From: Candidatus Hydrogenedentota bacterium
GTDB taxonomy: Bacteria > Hydrogenedentota > Hydrogenedentia > Hydrogenedentales > SLHB01
NCBI GenBank assembly: GCA_963668025.2
Contig: CAXXTH010000019.1
Coordinates: 32,001-96,000 of the forward strand
Direction: 5' to 3'
Length of the DNA stretch: 64,000 bases
Both the position numbers and the translations under genes were made by a program. The notes beneath the pieces were generated by a model. That model was not told the DNA's origin and ran no database searches. It was given only the letters and a program-made list of their open reading frames with translations. Below, piece after piece: positions 19,884 to 29,617 of this stretch; positions within the stretch are counted from its first letter, which is position 1, and each line of letters begins with the position of its first letter.

Positions 19884-21227
19884 TTAGCGCTGGTTTTCCC
19901 CAGCGTCGTGGGGGGCGTCCATCAAGCCAAAGAGCATTTCCGCCTCGGCGGCGACATTCCCGTCGATGAGCGCCCGGGCTTTCACTTTGCAGGCGTTGCG
20001 GCGCATCTGAAGCATCTCCGCTTCCACCACGAGTTGATCACCCGGGATGACGGTGCGGCGGAACCGGGCGTGATCAATGCCTAGAAAAAAGGCGATCTTG
20101 CCTGGATAGCCAATGGGGTCGCCGCCAAACACCAGTACGGAGGAAACCTGGGCCATCACCTCGACAATCAACACGCCCGGCATGACCGGCATGCTGGGCC
20201 AATGCCCCTGGAAGAACGGCTCATTCACCGTGACGTTCTTGATCCCTACCGCCCTTTTCAATGGTTCATACGAAAGAATGCGGTCCACCAGCAAAAACGG
20301 GTAGCGATGGGGCAGCACGCGCATGATCATATTGACATCAAGGGCAGGCTCGGTAGGCGTTTTTTGAGTCAAAGCATTTTTTTCTCCCTTGCGCGCCATC
20401 AAGGACTGCTTGATCTGCTGGGAGAATTTCACATGCATGGCATGCCCGGACTTGACGCCTATCACGTGGCCTTTGACTGGGCGGCCAAGGAGGTACATAT
20501 CGCCTAATAAGTCTAATATTTTATGGCGGACAAACTCGTCCGGAAATCGAAGGTCGTCATTGAGAATAGCGTCATCGCCGATCACGACCGCGTTCTCGAG
20601 GCTGCCGCCCCGAATCAACCCTTTATCTTGCAACATCTTAACCTCCCGCAGAAAACAAAAGGTCCTCGCGGGAGCGATGTCTTTCTCGAACGTTTCGGGG
20701 GTGATGACAAAGGAGGCGTATTGCGTGCCCACGGCCACGTGGTCATAGGCTATCGTCATGGTCATGCGCAGGTCGTCCGAGGGGAGCACGCTGAGCGTAA
20801 CATCATCGCTCTTGTAATAAACCGGCTGGGTGATCTTGATATACTGGCGCTCCGCGTCCTGCTCGACCAAACCCGCGCCTTTAAGCGTCTGCATGAATTG
20901 GAGGGAGCTTCCATCGCCCACCGGGGTCTCATTGGCGTCGACTTCGATATCGATGTTGTCAATGCCCAGCCCGGCGATGGCCGCCAGCACATGCTCGACG
21001 GTATGCACCTTGACGCCATTTATGCCGATAGTGGTTCCTCTGGAGACATCCACCACGTGATCAATATCCGCCTTTACCGCAGGACGTTCAGGCAAATCGA
21101 CACGGTAAAAGGTGACCCCACTATTGGGTTCGGCGGGTTTGAAGGTAAGGGTGGTGAGATTCCCGGTATGGAGGCCAATGCCCGAGAAAGCCGCCTCCTT
21201 AGCTATCGTTTTCTGACGTTCTTTCAT
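19884..21227 (-). CDS. lpxC: Bifunctional UDP-3-O-acyl-GlcNAc deacetylase / 3-hydroxyacyl-ACP dehydratase (LpxC-FabZ)
   Basis: GIGLHTG, TVEHVLAA, RHKILDLLGD, then LPHRYPFLLVDR and NEPFFQGH. Confidence 0.95.
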   Translation of the reverse strand: MKERQKTIAKEAAFSGIGLHTGNLTTLTFKPAEPNSGVTFYRVDLPERPAVKADIDHVVDVSRGTTIGINGVKVHTVEHVLAAIAGLGIDNIDIEVDANETPVGDGSSLQFMQTLKGAGLVEQDAERQYIKITQPVYYKSDDVTLSVLPSDDLRMTMTIAYDHVAVGTQYASFVITPETFEKDIAPARTFCFLREVKMLQDKGLIRGGSLENAVVIGDDAILNDDLRFPDEFVRHKILDLLGDMYLLGRPVKGHVIGVKSGHAMHVKFSQQIKQSLMARKGEKNALTQKTPTEPALDVNMIMRVLPHRYPFLLVDRILSYEPLKRAVGIKNVTVNEPFFQGHWPSMPVMPGVLIVEVMAQVSSVLVFGGDPIGYPGKIAFFLGIDHARFRRTVIPGDQLVVEAEMLQMRRNACKVKARALIDGNVAAEAEMLFGLMDAPHDAGENQR

Positions 21228-22257
21228 TCAGCCGCTTTTCCAATTCCTCTATCCGGCGTTCCATTTTACGAAGAGTGCGCAATGCATCCGGCAACCGGTG
21301 CAAACTGGCCTTCTGGCGTTTTTCCACTTCGTGGTCCACTGCGGGAAATCCCGATACAACCCGGTGCGGCGGGACTGACTTCGTCACGGCACCCAAGGCA
21401 GCCACGACCACATGGTCGCCTACTTCGAGATGGCCCCCCACGCCGCTGCCTGCGGCCAGAGTCACATGATTGCCGATCACGGCGCTTCCCGCGACTCCGA
21501 CATTGCCGCACACAATACAGTGCTCACCAATCTCGGTATTGTGTCCAATTTGCACGAGATTGTCAATCTTGGTGCCGCTTCGCACGATGGTCTTGCCAAA
21601 TGTGGCGCGATCAATCGCGGTATTCGCCCCTATTTCCACATCGTCGCCGATTTCGACAATGCCCGTTTGGGGGATTTTCTGATGGGCTCCATTCATTGGC
21701 ATGAACCCAAAACCATCGCTGCCAATGACCGCGCCGCAGTGGATAATGCAACGCGCGCCAATCCAGCAGCCTTCACGGATGCTGGCGTTCGGATAAATAA
21801 TCGTGTCTTCGCCGACGACGCATCCCGGGCCAATATAGACATTGGGGTAAAGAATGGCCCGGCTGCCAATCACCGCGCCTTCTCCGACATACGCGTGCGC
21901 GCCCACGGCGGCGTCCGCGCCCAATTGCGCGCCGCTTTCTACAACAGCCGCCGGATGGATGCCCTTGGGATGCCGTATTTCGGACGGTTGGTAACGCTGG
22001 AGTACTTTTGCGAATGCGATGTAGGGATTAGCGACCTGGATGATCGTTTTCGAGCCGCTTGAAGAGACTTCGCTTCCGACCAATACCGCGGCGGCCGGGC
22101 ATTGCTCGGCCAGCCGCAAATATCGAAACTCACTCACAAAGGTCAGATCCCCCGGAACGGCCTGGCGTATGCTGCTCAGACCCGTTACCGGAATGCATCC
22201 GTCTCCAACGATTCGCCCCCCAATAAAATCCGCTATCTCTGCTACCGATACGTTCAT
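21199..22257 (-). CDS. lpxD: UDP-3-O-(3-hydroxyacyl)glucosamine N-acyltransferase
   Basis: Hexapeptide repeats, GSDGFGF, KIDNLVQIGHN. Confidence 0.95.
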   Translation of the reverse strand: MNVSVAEIADFIGGRIVGDGCIPVTGLSSIRQAVPGDLTFVSEFRYLRLAEQCPAAAVLVGSEVSSSGSKTIIQVANPYIAFAKVLQRYQPSEIRHPKGIHPAAVVESGAQLGADAAVGAHAYVGEGAVIGSRAILYPNVYIGPGCVVGEDTIIYPNASIREGCWIGARCIIHCGAVIGSDGFGFMPMNGAHQKIPQTGIVEIGDDVEIGANTAIDRATFGKTIVRSGTKIDNLVQIGHNTEIGEHCIVCGNVGVAGSAVIGNHVTLAAGSGVGGHLEVGDHVVVAALGAVTKSVPPHRVVSGFPAVDHEVEKRQKASLHRLPDALRTLRKMERRIEELEKRLNERTSENDS

Positions 22258-22311
22258 GCTCGTGTCCCGGCGCACTTTAGGGGTTGCCGCAATGATTTGG
22301 AAGCGAAGACC

Positions 22312-22899
22312 CTACTTCGCCGTATTCATGCGGTCCACAACCTTCGATGTCATGTCGATATTTCCGGCATAATATAAGACACCGGAAGAGCTCTGCGGAT
22401 CCCCTTCAAGAATCATATCGTAGTTCTCCGTACGACCGATTTCTTGAATGACCGCGTCGATCTCGTCTTTCGCGTTTTTCACTAAAATGCCGAATTTGCT
22501 GTCCATTTCGGCCTGCATCCGCTCAAAATCCGAGCGCCACTTAATCGCTTTACCATTGATATCCTGTTCTTTTAGAGCCTTATCCGCATCCGACAACGAA
22601 GCCTCATTCGCCTTATATTGATCGCGAAGGGTTTTCACCTCATTTTCCAGGGCGTCTAACGCCGCTTGGTTTGTTTTGAGGTCGGCTTCGAGTTTTTTCG
22701 TCTCCGCCTGGAATTTGGTATAGCTTTCCATGACTTTCTTGCGGTCTACGATGCCGATTTTTTTCGCGCCATCCGCGCTCGGTGAACCACTATTTTGTGC
22801 GGATACAAGCGCGGGAAGCGCCACGACACTCACGGCCGCCAGCAATAAGATACCTACGCTCAACTTTACACGATTATTCACGGTATGGCTCCCACTCAT
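22312..22899 (-). CDS. skp: OmpH/Skp periplasmic chaperone
   Basis: Signal peptide, KIGIVD, coiled coil, YDMIL...DMTSKVV. Lies upstream of lpxD. Start uncertain. Confidence 0.85.
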   Translation of the reverse strand: MSGSHTVNNRVKLSVGILLLAAVSVVALPALVSAQNSGSPSADGAKKIGIVDRKKVMESYTKFQAETKKLEADLKTNQAALDALENEVKTLRDQYKANEASLSDADKALKEQDINGKAIKWRSDFERMQAEMDSKFGILVKNAKDEIDAVIQEIGRTENYDMILEGDPQSSSGVLYYAGNIDMTSKVVDRMNTAK

Positions 22900-23161
22900 A
22901 AGGGTTTGCAGCGCTCTCCAAAAACCACCGGCCAAGTGGCGCGGAAAGCCGCATATACAGTATTTCCTCTTCCTGCACGACCTGCAGCTAGATGGGCAAA
23001 AAGTATATCATTCCCGTATGCCTGGTGCAACAAACAGTTTCTTCCCTAAATCGCCGGATAAGGCTGTTGTATCTTACTTGATATCGTTGCAACCCGATAT
23101 AGGCGATCCTGTTAGCGCGCGGAGGACGCGGAGTTTCGCGGAGCAAAGGTCTCCAGAAAAT

Positions 23162-23232
23162 TGGCCACAAGAGGCACAAAAGACGCAGGAAAATGAATTT
23201 TTTCCTTGCGTCTTTTGTGCCTCTTGTGGCTA
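23162..23232. repeat. Palindromic intergenic element with ~9-nt periodic arms
   Basis: TGGCCACAAGAGGCACAAAAGACGCAGGAAAA...TTTTCCTTGCGTCTTTTGTGCCTCTTGTGGCTA. Confidence 0.8.
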
Positions 23233-23260
23233 TTTTTTGCTCCGCGTTTAGGAAGCCGCT

Positions 23261-26200
23261 CTATTCGTTCATATACACATGCACCACGGCTTCCTCATCT
23301 CCCGGCCGCATGCTTTCCTGGAACGGGAACACGTAGGGGGCCGTATCCCCCGGCTGGCCGTTCACGGCGATGCGTTGTATGCTCGAGCCGCTGCCGTGAA
23401 AACGGAGCGTGAAATGCCGCCCTTGGTAATGGAGATTTTCGATGGTGGCGCCGGCGTACTCGAGTGGGATATGAGGCTCCAAATACAGGCCTCGATAGTC
23501 GCATTGCACGCCGAAGATGCCCGACAGCACGCCTAATCCATATATCAACCCGTCTTCGCTGAGCGATTGATCGCTGCCGCAGGGCAGGTCGAGGGGGGAC
23601 ATTTGGCTAGTTCCCTGGAACATGGGCAATGGGCGCGATTCGGGCACGCCGTGTCCCACATCGAGATCGCCCCGGCCATAACGCGCTAGAAATTGGCCAA
23701 GCTTTTTCCAGGCGCTTTCCGGTTCAGCCGAGTGGGCCCGGTTGTACAGATCATAGCCCGCCACCCAGTATTGGATCTGGCCGTTCTCCATGCCCGGTGG
23801 AATGCAGAAAGGATTGAAGGGGCCTGCATAATACCGTTTCGGACCTTTGCCGTCCCGATAGACGCGCGTCGAGTTCCCGTCGAGGGTGTTGAAGGTGATG
23901 ATCCCCGTTTCTTCGCTGGAAATGTGGTCGCGCCAGGCGTAGGCATGGGGATCGTGATTGATCCATTCGTACACCTTTTGCGTATGCTCTTTCGGTAGCA
24001 GATTCAAGGCGATGGCCATGAGGTTGATGTCGGTGAATCCGGCATCCACCACCGCGCCATCCTGGGCGATCCAGGAAATCAGCCGCCCACCGGGTATGGG
24101 CGCGCCTTGATTGTCTTGCAGATCGCCTTCGCGCCAATAGGTTTCGAGCAGCGCTTGTTTCAGTGTTTCCGCTTGGGCGGCATAATTGTCCACCTGTTCT
24201 TTGCGGTCCATCGCCCGCTCGATGCGTGACAGGGCCTCCGCCGCGCCTGCGGCGTACATCTGGATGAATGCGGACTTATGTCCGATCTGCCAGCCGTCCC
24301 AATAGCTGCTCGAACAGTTCTGGTCGATGCCGTTGTATTTTTCGGGCAGGACAATGACGCCGGAGTTATCGCACATGGTGAGATAGAACTGAATTGCCCG
24401 CTCCATATTCTTGATTTGTTCCTCGATGAATGGGCGGTCGCCGGTCACGAGATAATACTGTTCCGCCGCCAAGATGATCTGGGCGTTGGTCTCGAAGATA
24501 TAGCCGCCATTCCAGCCGAAGCGCCCCGGCGTGGAGGAAAGGCCGCCATAGGGCACTTTCCATCCGAAGCCGTTGTCCTGCTCTCCGTTCGAGTAGGATT
24601 CAAGCTTGGTTTTGAAGTGCTCCCGCGTGTCGGCCCATTTGACTTTCCCGTTGAAGCGCGAAATGAGGGATTGCCACCAGGCCGTGATGTTATAGCCGAA
24701 GACCTGCGGGCCGCTGAAACAATGTTGCATCCAGAAATGCTGCAAAACACGTTCCTGTTCCGGCGCGTGAGGCAGGCGGATGCGGATGAAGCCTGAGGCG
24801 GGCGGAGGAACATCCGCGGCTTTCAAGAATCGCACCTCTGCCGCTAAGGTCTTCGTTTCCCCCGGTTTCAATTCGTCGCCGATGGTGTTGTGGTGTTCCC
24901 AAAAGGTCCGCGTGGCCGTCATGCCCACCTTCTGGATCCCCTGGGGATGATCGAAAAGGCGGTTGGGCTGGTTGACGGCCTTGGAATCCGTATTGGTCTC
25001 TGGCAGGAAGTGGAAATCAAGGGCGAAGTGTTTACCCGAGTCTTGCGCTGGAAACGCCAGGATATCGTAATCGGTGAGTGCGGGCCGCATGGGCTGGAGG
25101 TCCATGAAGCCCATGCGGTAGCCGTCCCATCGCGTGGCGTCATGGTCCCAATCGTCGCGCCGGAACCAGCGAAAGGTGTCCTCGGGAAAATCGAAATGCC
25201 AGCCCAAATATGGCGGGCGGCACGGCTGGAGCGCTGTGTAGACACTCGTTAGCCTCAATGTGTCCGGGGCCGCCAACTCGATGGTCCAATTGCAATCGAA
25301 GAAGGCTTCCTGCGTTTCCGGGTCGCGCAGGAGGACGTGCCGGACCTCCATGCGTGTATCGCTGGGGCGCTCGATTTCGGCCTCCGATGGGTCGGCGGCC
25401 AGGTAGCGGTCATCTGTATCTTCCCAATCCAACGAGCGGGGCCATTGCGAACCACCGGTGAAATAGATCCGCCGCTGAGGGCCGTCGAGGAGGTCTTCTC
25501 CGAATTGGCGCTGGGCGGCGGCATCCCAATGCAGGCTCGTGATGGCGGCTGTGGCGGGATCATAATCGAGCCTAAGCCCCTGGTTTTCCAGCGAAACGGC
25601 GGGGATAGAAGAAGGAACGGAAGGCTGTGGCGTTTCCGTTCCCGCCAGTTTTTTGGAAGTGATCTCTATTCTTTCTTCGTACAGCGAGGCGGCGATTGTG
25701 GGCGGCGCTGCAAGATATTGATAAAACGCCTCCACCTGTGTTGCTGCAGTTTCCCGGCAGGAACGGCCTGCGATGTAGTAAGCCGCGAGCGTGCCGTGCT
25801 TAAAAGGCTCGACGGTTTCGACCCACGCGGGCGACATGGGATGCTGGCCATCGACGCGGAAGCTGGGGTCATGGAACGGCCCTTTCAGTGTGGCGGGGTC
25901 GAGGATGGCGGCCAGCCAGAAGCCGTCTTTATCCCAATAGACCAGGCCGTAATGGGTCTTCATGACCGGCCAAGGCCCCTTTTCCCGCCATGCGCCGCCG
26001 TAATAGCAGGCGGATGGCGGCTCGGTGTTGTGGGTGGGGAAGGATGAGCTCGAGCCGCCCAGCCAATAGCCTTCGCCGCCCCATGGATACGGTTTTTCGC
26101 CGCTGGCGAAGTATTCGCGCGTGACCCGCACGCCGGGGAATCCCTTCCAAAACTCGTAGGCGGTGCGGATTTTCGCTTCCGGCCGTTCGACGCTCCGGGC

Positions 26201-26821
26201 CACAAGGGAAACAAGCTGGGCCTGGCCGTTGTTGAAGGCCGATTCCATGCCATAAGTGGGGTCCGCCTCGAAGTCCGGGGTGGCCATCCGTCGCAGCGTC
26301 CCGTCCACGGGTATGTCAGCCGCGCACCACCAGCCATAGACGTATTCCTTGCGGCCCTGTATGTTGAAACCGGTGTCATGCAACAGGGTTACGTAGCTGG
26401 GGTATTCCTTGAGGATGAATGCATCCGTTTCCGGGTTCTTGACGCGTACGAGAAAGCGGTTGTAGTCCGTATTCAATGAAGGGTCCGTGGCAGCGTCAAT
26501 AGGGGCCTGGCTGTTAATGACTACATGCAGCATGTTCCTGCACGCTTCGGGGATCTCGTCCCAGGGCCATGTGAGGATATCAGCGGAAGCGTCCGCACTG
26601 GGAATCGTATAGCGGGCAGCGGGGACGGCGATGTATGCGCCCGTGGAATCTTGATAAGCCAGCATTGTAGCGCCGTCAGGGCATTCGGGCGGGATGGCCC
26701 AGCGTCCAAGCGCCCCGGAAGGCGGCGGGGCGTGGAACTGGATGGCGAGTTGATACGTTTCCGTGTATGCGCCGTACGTTGCTCCCGCCAAGGCGGCCAA
26801 CAAAACGATATTGCGTATCAT
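23261..26821 (-). CDS. Large secreted glycoside hydrolase-like protein, probable C-terminal (alpha/alpha)6 barrel
   Basis: Signal peptide MIRNIVLLAALAG, ETNAQIILAAEQYYLVTGDRPF, SSYWD, MENG, and a C-terminal beta domain LYLEPHIP...YQGRHF typical of six-hairpin glycosidases. Family not assignable by eye. Confidence 0.6.
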   Translation of the reverse strand: MIRNIVLLAALAGATYGAYTETYQLAIQFHAPPPSGALGRWAIPPECPDGATMLAYQDSTGAYIAVPAARYTIPSADASADILTWPWDEIPEACRNMLHVVINSQAPIDAATDPSLNTDYNRFLVRVKNPETDAFILKEYPSYVTLLHDTGFNIQGRKEYVYGWWCAADIPVDGTLRRMATPDFEADPTYGMESAFNNGQAQLVSLVARSVERPEAKIRTAYEFWKGFPGVRVTREYFASGEKPYPWGGEGYWLGGSSSSFPTHNTEPPSACYYGGAWREKGPWPVMKTHYGLVYWDKDGFWLAAILDPATLKGPFHDPSFRVDGQHPMSPAWVETVEPFKHGTLAAYYIAGRSCRETAATQVEAFYQYLAAPPTIAASLYEERIEITSKKLAGTETPQPSVPSSIPAVSLENQGLRLDYDPATAAITSLHWDAAAQRQFGEDLLDGPQRRIYFTGGSQWPRSLDWEDTDDRYLAADPSEAEIERPSDTRMEVRHVLLRDPETQEAFFDCNWTIELAAPDTLRLTSVYTALQPCRPPYLGWHFDFPEDTFRWFRRDDWDHDATRWDGYRMGFMDLQPMRPALTDYDILAFPAQDSGKHFALDFHFLPETNTDSKAVNQPNRLFDHPQGIQKVGMTATRTFWEHHNTIGDELKPGETKTLAAEVRFLKAADVPPPASGFIRIRLPHAPEQERVLQHFWMQHCFSGPQVFGYNITAWWQSLISRFNGKVKWADTREHFKTKLESYSNGEQDNGFGWKVPYGGLSSTPGRFGWNGGYIFETNAQIILAAEQYYLVTGDRPFIEEQIKNMERAIQFYLTMCDNSGVIVLPEKYNGIDQNCSSSYWDGWQIGHKSAFIQMYAAGAAEALSRIERAMDRKEQVDNYAAQAETLKQALLETYWREGDLQDNQGAPIPGGRLISWIAQDGAVVDAGFTDINLMAIALNLLPKEHTQKVYEWINHDPHAYAWRDHISSEETGIITFNTLDGNSTRVYRDGKGPKRYYAGPFNPFCIPPGMENGQIQYWVAGYDLYNRAHSAEPESAWKKLGQFLARYGRGDLDVGHGVPESRPLPMFQGTSQMSPLDLPCGSDQSLSEDGLIYGLGVLSGIFGVQCDYRGLYLEPHIPLEYAGATIENLHYQGRHFTLRFHGSGSSIQRIAVNGQPGDTAPYVFPFQESMRPGDEEAVVHVYMNE

Positions 26822-26911
26822 ACAAAACTCCTTCCCTCGTTTCAGGCGGCCATGATTCCACATAAAGCAATATATAACAAGTAGTTACGACACAAATTTT
26901 CACGAACTTCA

Positions 26912-27065
26912 TGTAGGGTGGGGCTTGCCCCACCGTTCAGATAAACGTCAATGCCGCAAAGCATGCCCAGCCATATCATAAAGCCACCTTTCTCGCCACC
27001 CCCTTTCGCGGGAATGACAATGTGATGGTTGAAAACAAAATTGGTGGGGCAAGCCCCACCCTACA
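26912..27065. repeat. REP-like inverted pair, family A
   Basis: TGTAGGGTGGGGCTTGCCCCACC...GGTGGGGCAAGCCCCACCCTACA, enclosing a CCTTTCGCGGGAATGAC half-element whose complement also occurs near 824. Confidence 0.8.
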
Positions 27066-27157
27066 CGAATCCCGTGCGTTTTAGGGTCTGGTTCCCCTGT
27101 AAAAATTGAGCAATTTGATAAGTATAGAGATAGCGTTAATCGAGCTAAAAAATCTTG

Positions 27158-27243
27158 TTGACAGTATAGGTGGAACGTGGTAGATTATCAAGTAACGCGC
27201 GTACAGTAAGCGCGTAGCGCAAGCGCGTACTGCATGCGCTTCA
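27158..27243 (+). promoter_or_regulatory. Sigma-70 promoter and tandem LacI-type operator-like sites upstream of the LacI gene
   Basis: TTGACA-N17-TAGATT followed by GTAACGCGCGTAC, GTAAGCGCGTAG, GCAAGCGCGTAC and GCATGCGCTTCA. Confidence 0.6.
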
Positions 27244-27262
27244 TAACGTGAGGCTGCGAAAG

Positions 27263-28345
27263 ATGACCGAGACAAATACCGATAATCGAACCGTCACCAT
27301 GAACGATGTGGCCAAGCGCGCTGGGGTGAGCCGGGCGACCGTATCCCGCCTGCTCAGCAATGCTCCTTTGCCGATCAGCGTCACCGAGGCCACGCGGCAG
27401 CGGGTATTCAGTGCGGTCAAAGAGCTGGGCTACCGCCCTAACCGGATCGCGCAAAGCTTGATGACCAAGAAGACCTGCATCATGGGATTGTCCATGCCCC
27501 AGTTTTTCCCGCCGAACATCAAGGACCGGCGCATGATTTCCATGCAATCGACGAGCGTGGGGGATCTGGTGTGTGGCGTCCAGTCGGTGGCCCAGCCCCG
27601 GGGCTACGACATCCAGTTGTTTATGCGGTATGAGTACGACCGTGGCGACGGCCCGCCCCATGGCGCGGACACCTTGGATTTCGTGGAAGGGGTGGTCTAT
27701 TGCACGCCTAATCCGCGTTATGATCGGTATTCCCACATTCTCGACGCCAACGTGCCGCTGGTCATGGTGGGCCCCAACCCGACCGAGCTGCCCATCACGT
27801 CTGTATGCGTCGACAATGTGCAGACGCTCTACCGTTTGACGAATGCCTTGATCGCTAAAGGATACCGCCGGATCGGGCTGATCCTTCCGGAAGATAGCGA
27901 CACGATTCTCAGCCGGTTGCGGTATCAGGGGTATCGGAAAGCGCATCTGGAGGCGGAAGTGCCGATTTATCCCCACCTGGTGGTGCCCGGCCATTTTGTC
28001 GGTGATGCGGGGGCGGTTCTAGCGGACGCCGTGCTGGATGGCGGCGTGAAGCCGGAGGCGATCATCGTGGGCCGCTCGGATATCGCCGGAGATGTATTGG
28101 GGCGCATCAAAGAACGCGGCCTGAGGTGCCCGGAAGACATCGCGCTGGTGGTCTATGGAAATGATCATTTATTCGATTTTACGGAGCCGCGAATTACGGC
28201 GGTTGAAATAGGCCGTTTCGAAATGGCGGCGGCGGCGGCCCGGCTGTTGATCGAGGAAATTGACGGCGACGCGGAGCCGGGGCGTGAAGAGTTTATCGAG
28301 CCACATTTGGTGCGGCGCGAGTCGTGCCTGCTGGACGCATTCTAA
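27263..28345 (+). CDS. LacI-family transcriptional regulator
   Basis: VTMNDVAKRAGVSRATVSRLL...LGYRPN, a sugar-binding domain, and C-terminal LVRRES. Confidence 0.95.
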   Translation: MTETNTDNRTVTMNDVAKRAGVSRATVSRLLSNAPLPISVTEATRQRVFSAVKELGYRPNRIAQSLMTKKTCIMGLSMPQFFPPNIKDRRMISMQSTSVGDLVCGVQSVAQPRGYDIQLFMRYEYDRGDGPPHGADTLDFVEGVVYCTPNPRYDRYSHILDANVPLVMVGPNPTELPITSVCVDNVQTLYRLTNALIAKGYRRIGLILPEDSDTILSRLRYQGYRKAHLEAEVPIYPHLVVPGHFVGDAGAVLADAVLDGGVKPEAIIVGRSDIAGDVLGRIKERGLRCPEDIALVVYGNDHLFDFTEPRITAVEIGRFEMAAAAARLLIEEIDGDAEPGREEFIEPHLVRRESCLLDAF

Positions 28346-28413
28346 GGAGGCATGTGTTTTTATTATTCACATTAATTGGGCGGTTGAATCTACACAAGTA
28401 GGAGGATGGTTTT

Positions 28414-29523
28414 ATGACGTACAAAAAGAAAGGTGGTTTTACATTAATCGAGCTGCTGGTGGTGATCACCATCATAGCGATTCTGGCCGCTATTTTGCTG
28501 CCTGCGCTGGCGCGGGCGCGCGAGGCGGCGCGGCGGGCATCCTGTTCGAGCAATCTCAAACAATGGGGCATCATCTGCAAGATGTATGCGGGCGAGAACA
28601 ACGGCCTGTTCCCCGGCGGCGGAGGTTACAAGATCGCAGGCTGGTGTACATGGCGGGGAGTGAACAGCGCCGAGTTATATCCGGATTATTGGAACGATCC
28701 GAATATTATGATTTGCCCGTCCGATGCGCGGGCAGGCATGCCTGGTTTCGTGAGCGTATGGGGGCTGGGCAGCGACTGGCCCATGATCGAGGAAGATGTC
28801 ATCGAACAGCTCAATAGCTTGAAGGATGGCGTGGATGCGGATGCGGCCAAGGCGGTTCGTCATTCTATTCTTTCCTTCCCAATTTCGTATGTCTATGTGC
28901 CATATGCCGTAAAGAACTCCAGCCAGTTGTTCCATGTATTTCATGTGCTGTCGGCGAATGCCGCCTGGGGCGAAGACTGGAATGCCAGTATAAAAGAGCA
29001 AGTTTGGCAGCCTAAGATCAAAGATGCGGGCGGCCCGGATAGTTGGAACTGCACGATCTATTTTTACAAGAACGGTGAAGTGGACATTCCATCATCTTTA
29101 GCCACATCGCACTGGATCTGGCGATATCCTAACACTACCGCCAAGGCGGGAATCGATGATGATGGCAATCCCATGCCGAGCTCTTATAGCCGCCTTAAGG
29201 AAGGGGTCGAGCGGTTCTTCATCACGGACATCAACAATCCCGCTTCTGGCGGCACGGGCCAGAGCACGCTCGTTACCATGTATGACGCCTGGGCCAGGGA
29301 GGACAATGCGAATGCGGCGACATACGGGAAGGGCGCGGTCATGTTGTTCAATCATCTTCCAGGAGGTTCGAACGTTCTCTACATGGATGGGCATGTCGAG
29401 TTCAAGCGGTATTCGAAGGGTGCGGGCATTCCATTTGATTCGCCTGAAAAAGGAGCGACAGGCCAGGCGTGCGTCGGTTCTCAATTTAGCCAATGGTCGG
29501 GTGAATATGGCGGTATTGGGTGA
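28414..29523 (+). CDS. Prepilin N-terminal cleavage/methylation protein, DUF1559 / H-X9-DG type
   Basis: KKKGG|[33 protein letters not shown], and C-terminal [16 protein letters not shown]. Confidence 0.93.
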   Translation: MTYKKKGGFTLIELLVVITIIAILAAILLPALARAREAARRASCSSNLKQWGIICKMYAGENNGLFPGGGGYKIAGWCTWRGVNSAELYPDYWNDPNIMICPSDARAGMPGFVSVWGLGSDWPMIEEDVIEQLNSLKDGVDADAAKAVRHSILSFPISYVYVPYAVKNSSQLFHVFHVLSANAAWGEDWNASIKEQVWQPKIKDAGGPDSWNCTIYFYKNGEVDIPSSLATSHWIWRYPNTTAKAGIDDDGNPMPSSYSRLKEGVERFFITDINNPASGGTGQSTLVTMYDAWAREDNANAATYGKGAVMLFNHLPGGSNVLYMDGHVEFKRYSKGAGIPFDSPEKGATGQACVGSQFSQWSGEYGGIG

Positions 29524-29617
29524 GAACGGGCGGCGCGCATGTGTGCGCCGGCTCCGGTTTCCTATCCAGTTCCACCATCCGTGGGTCTAACAGGAGAGAA
29601 CAATGAGGAGAAGAACG

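Noticed and set aside
20523-21704. 393-aa plus-strand ORF, and similar long antisense ORFs at 1085, 11628 and 59602
   Set aside because: These are shadow or alternative frames over well-supported genes in high-GC sequence.
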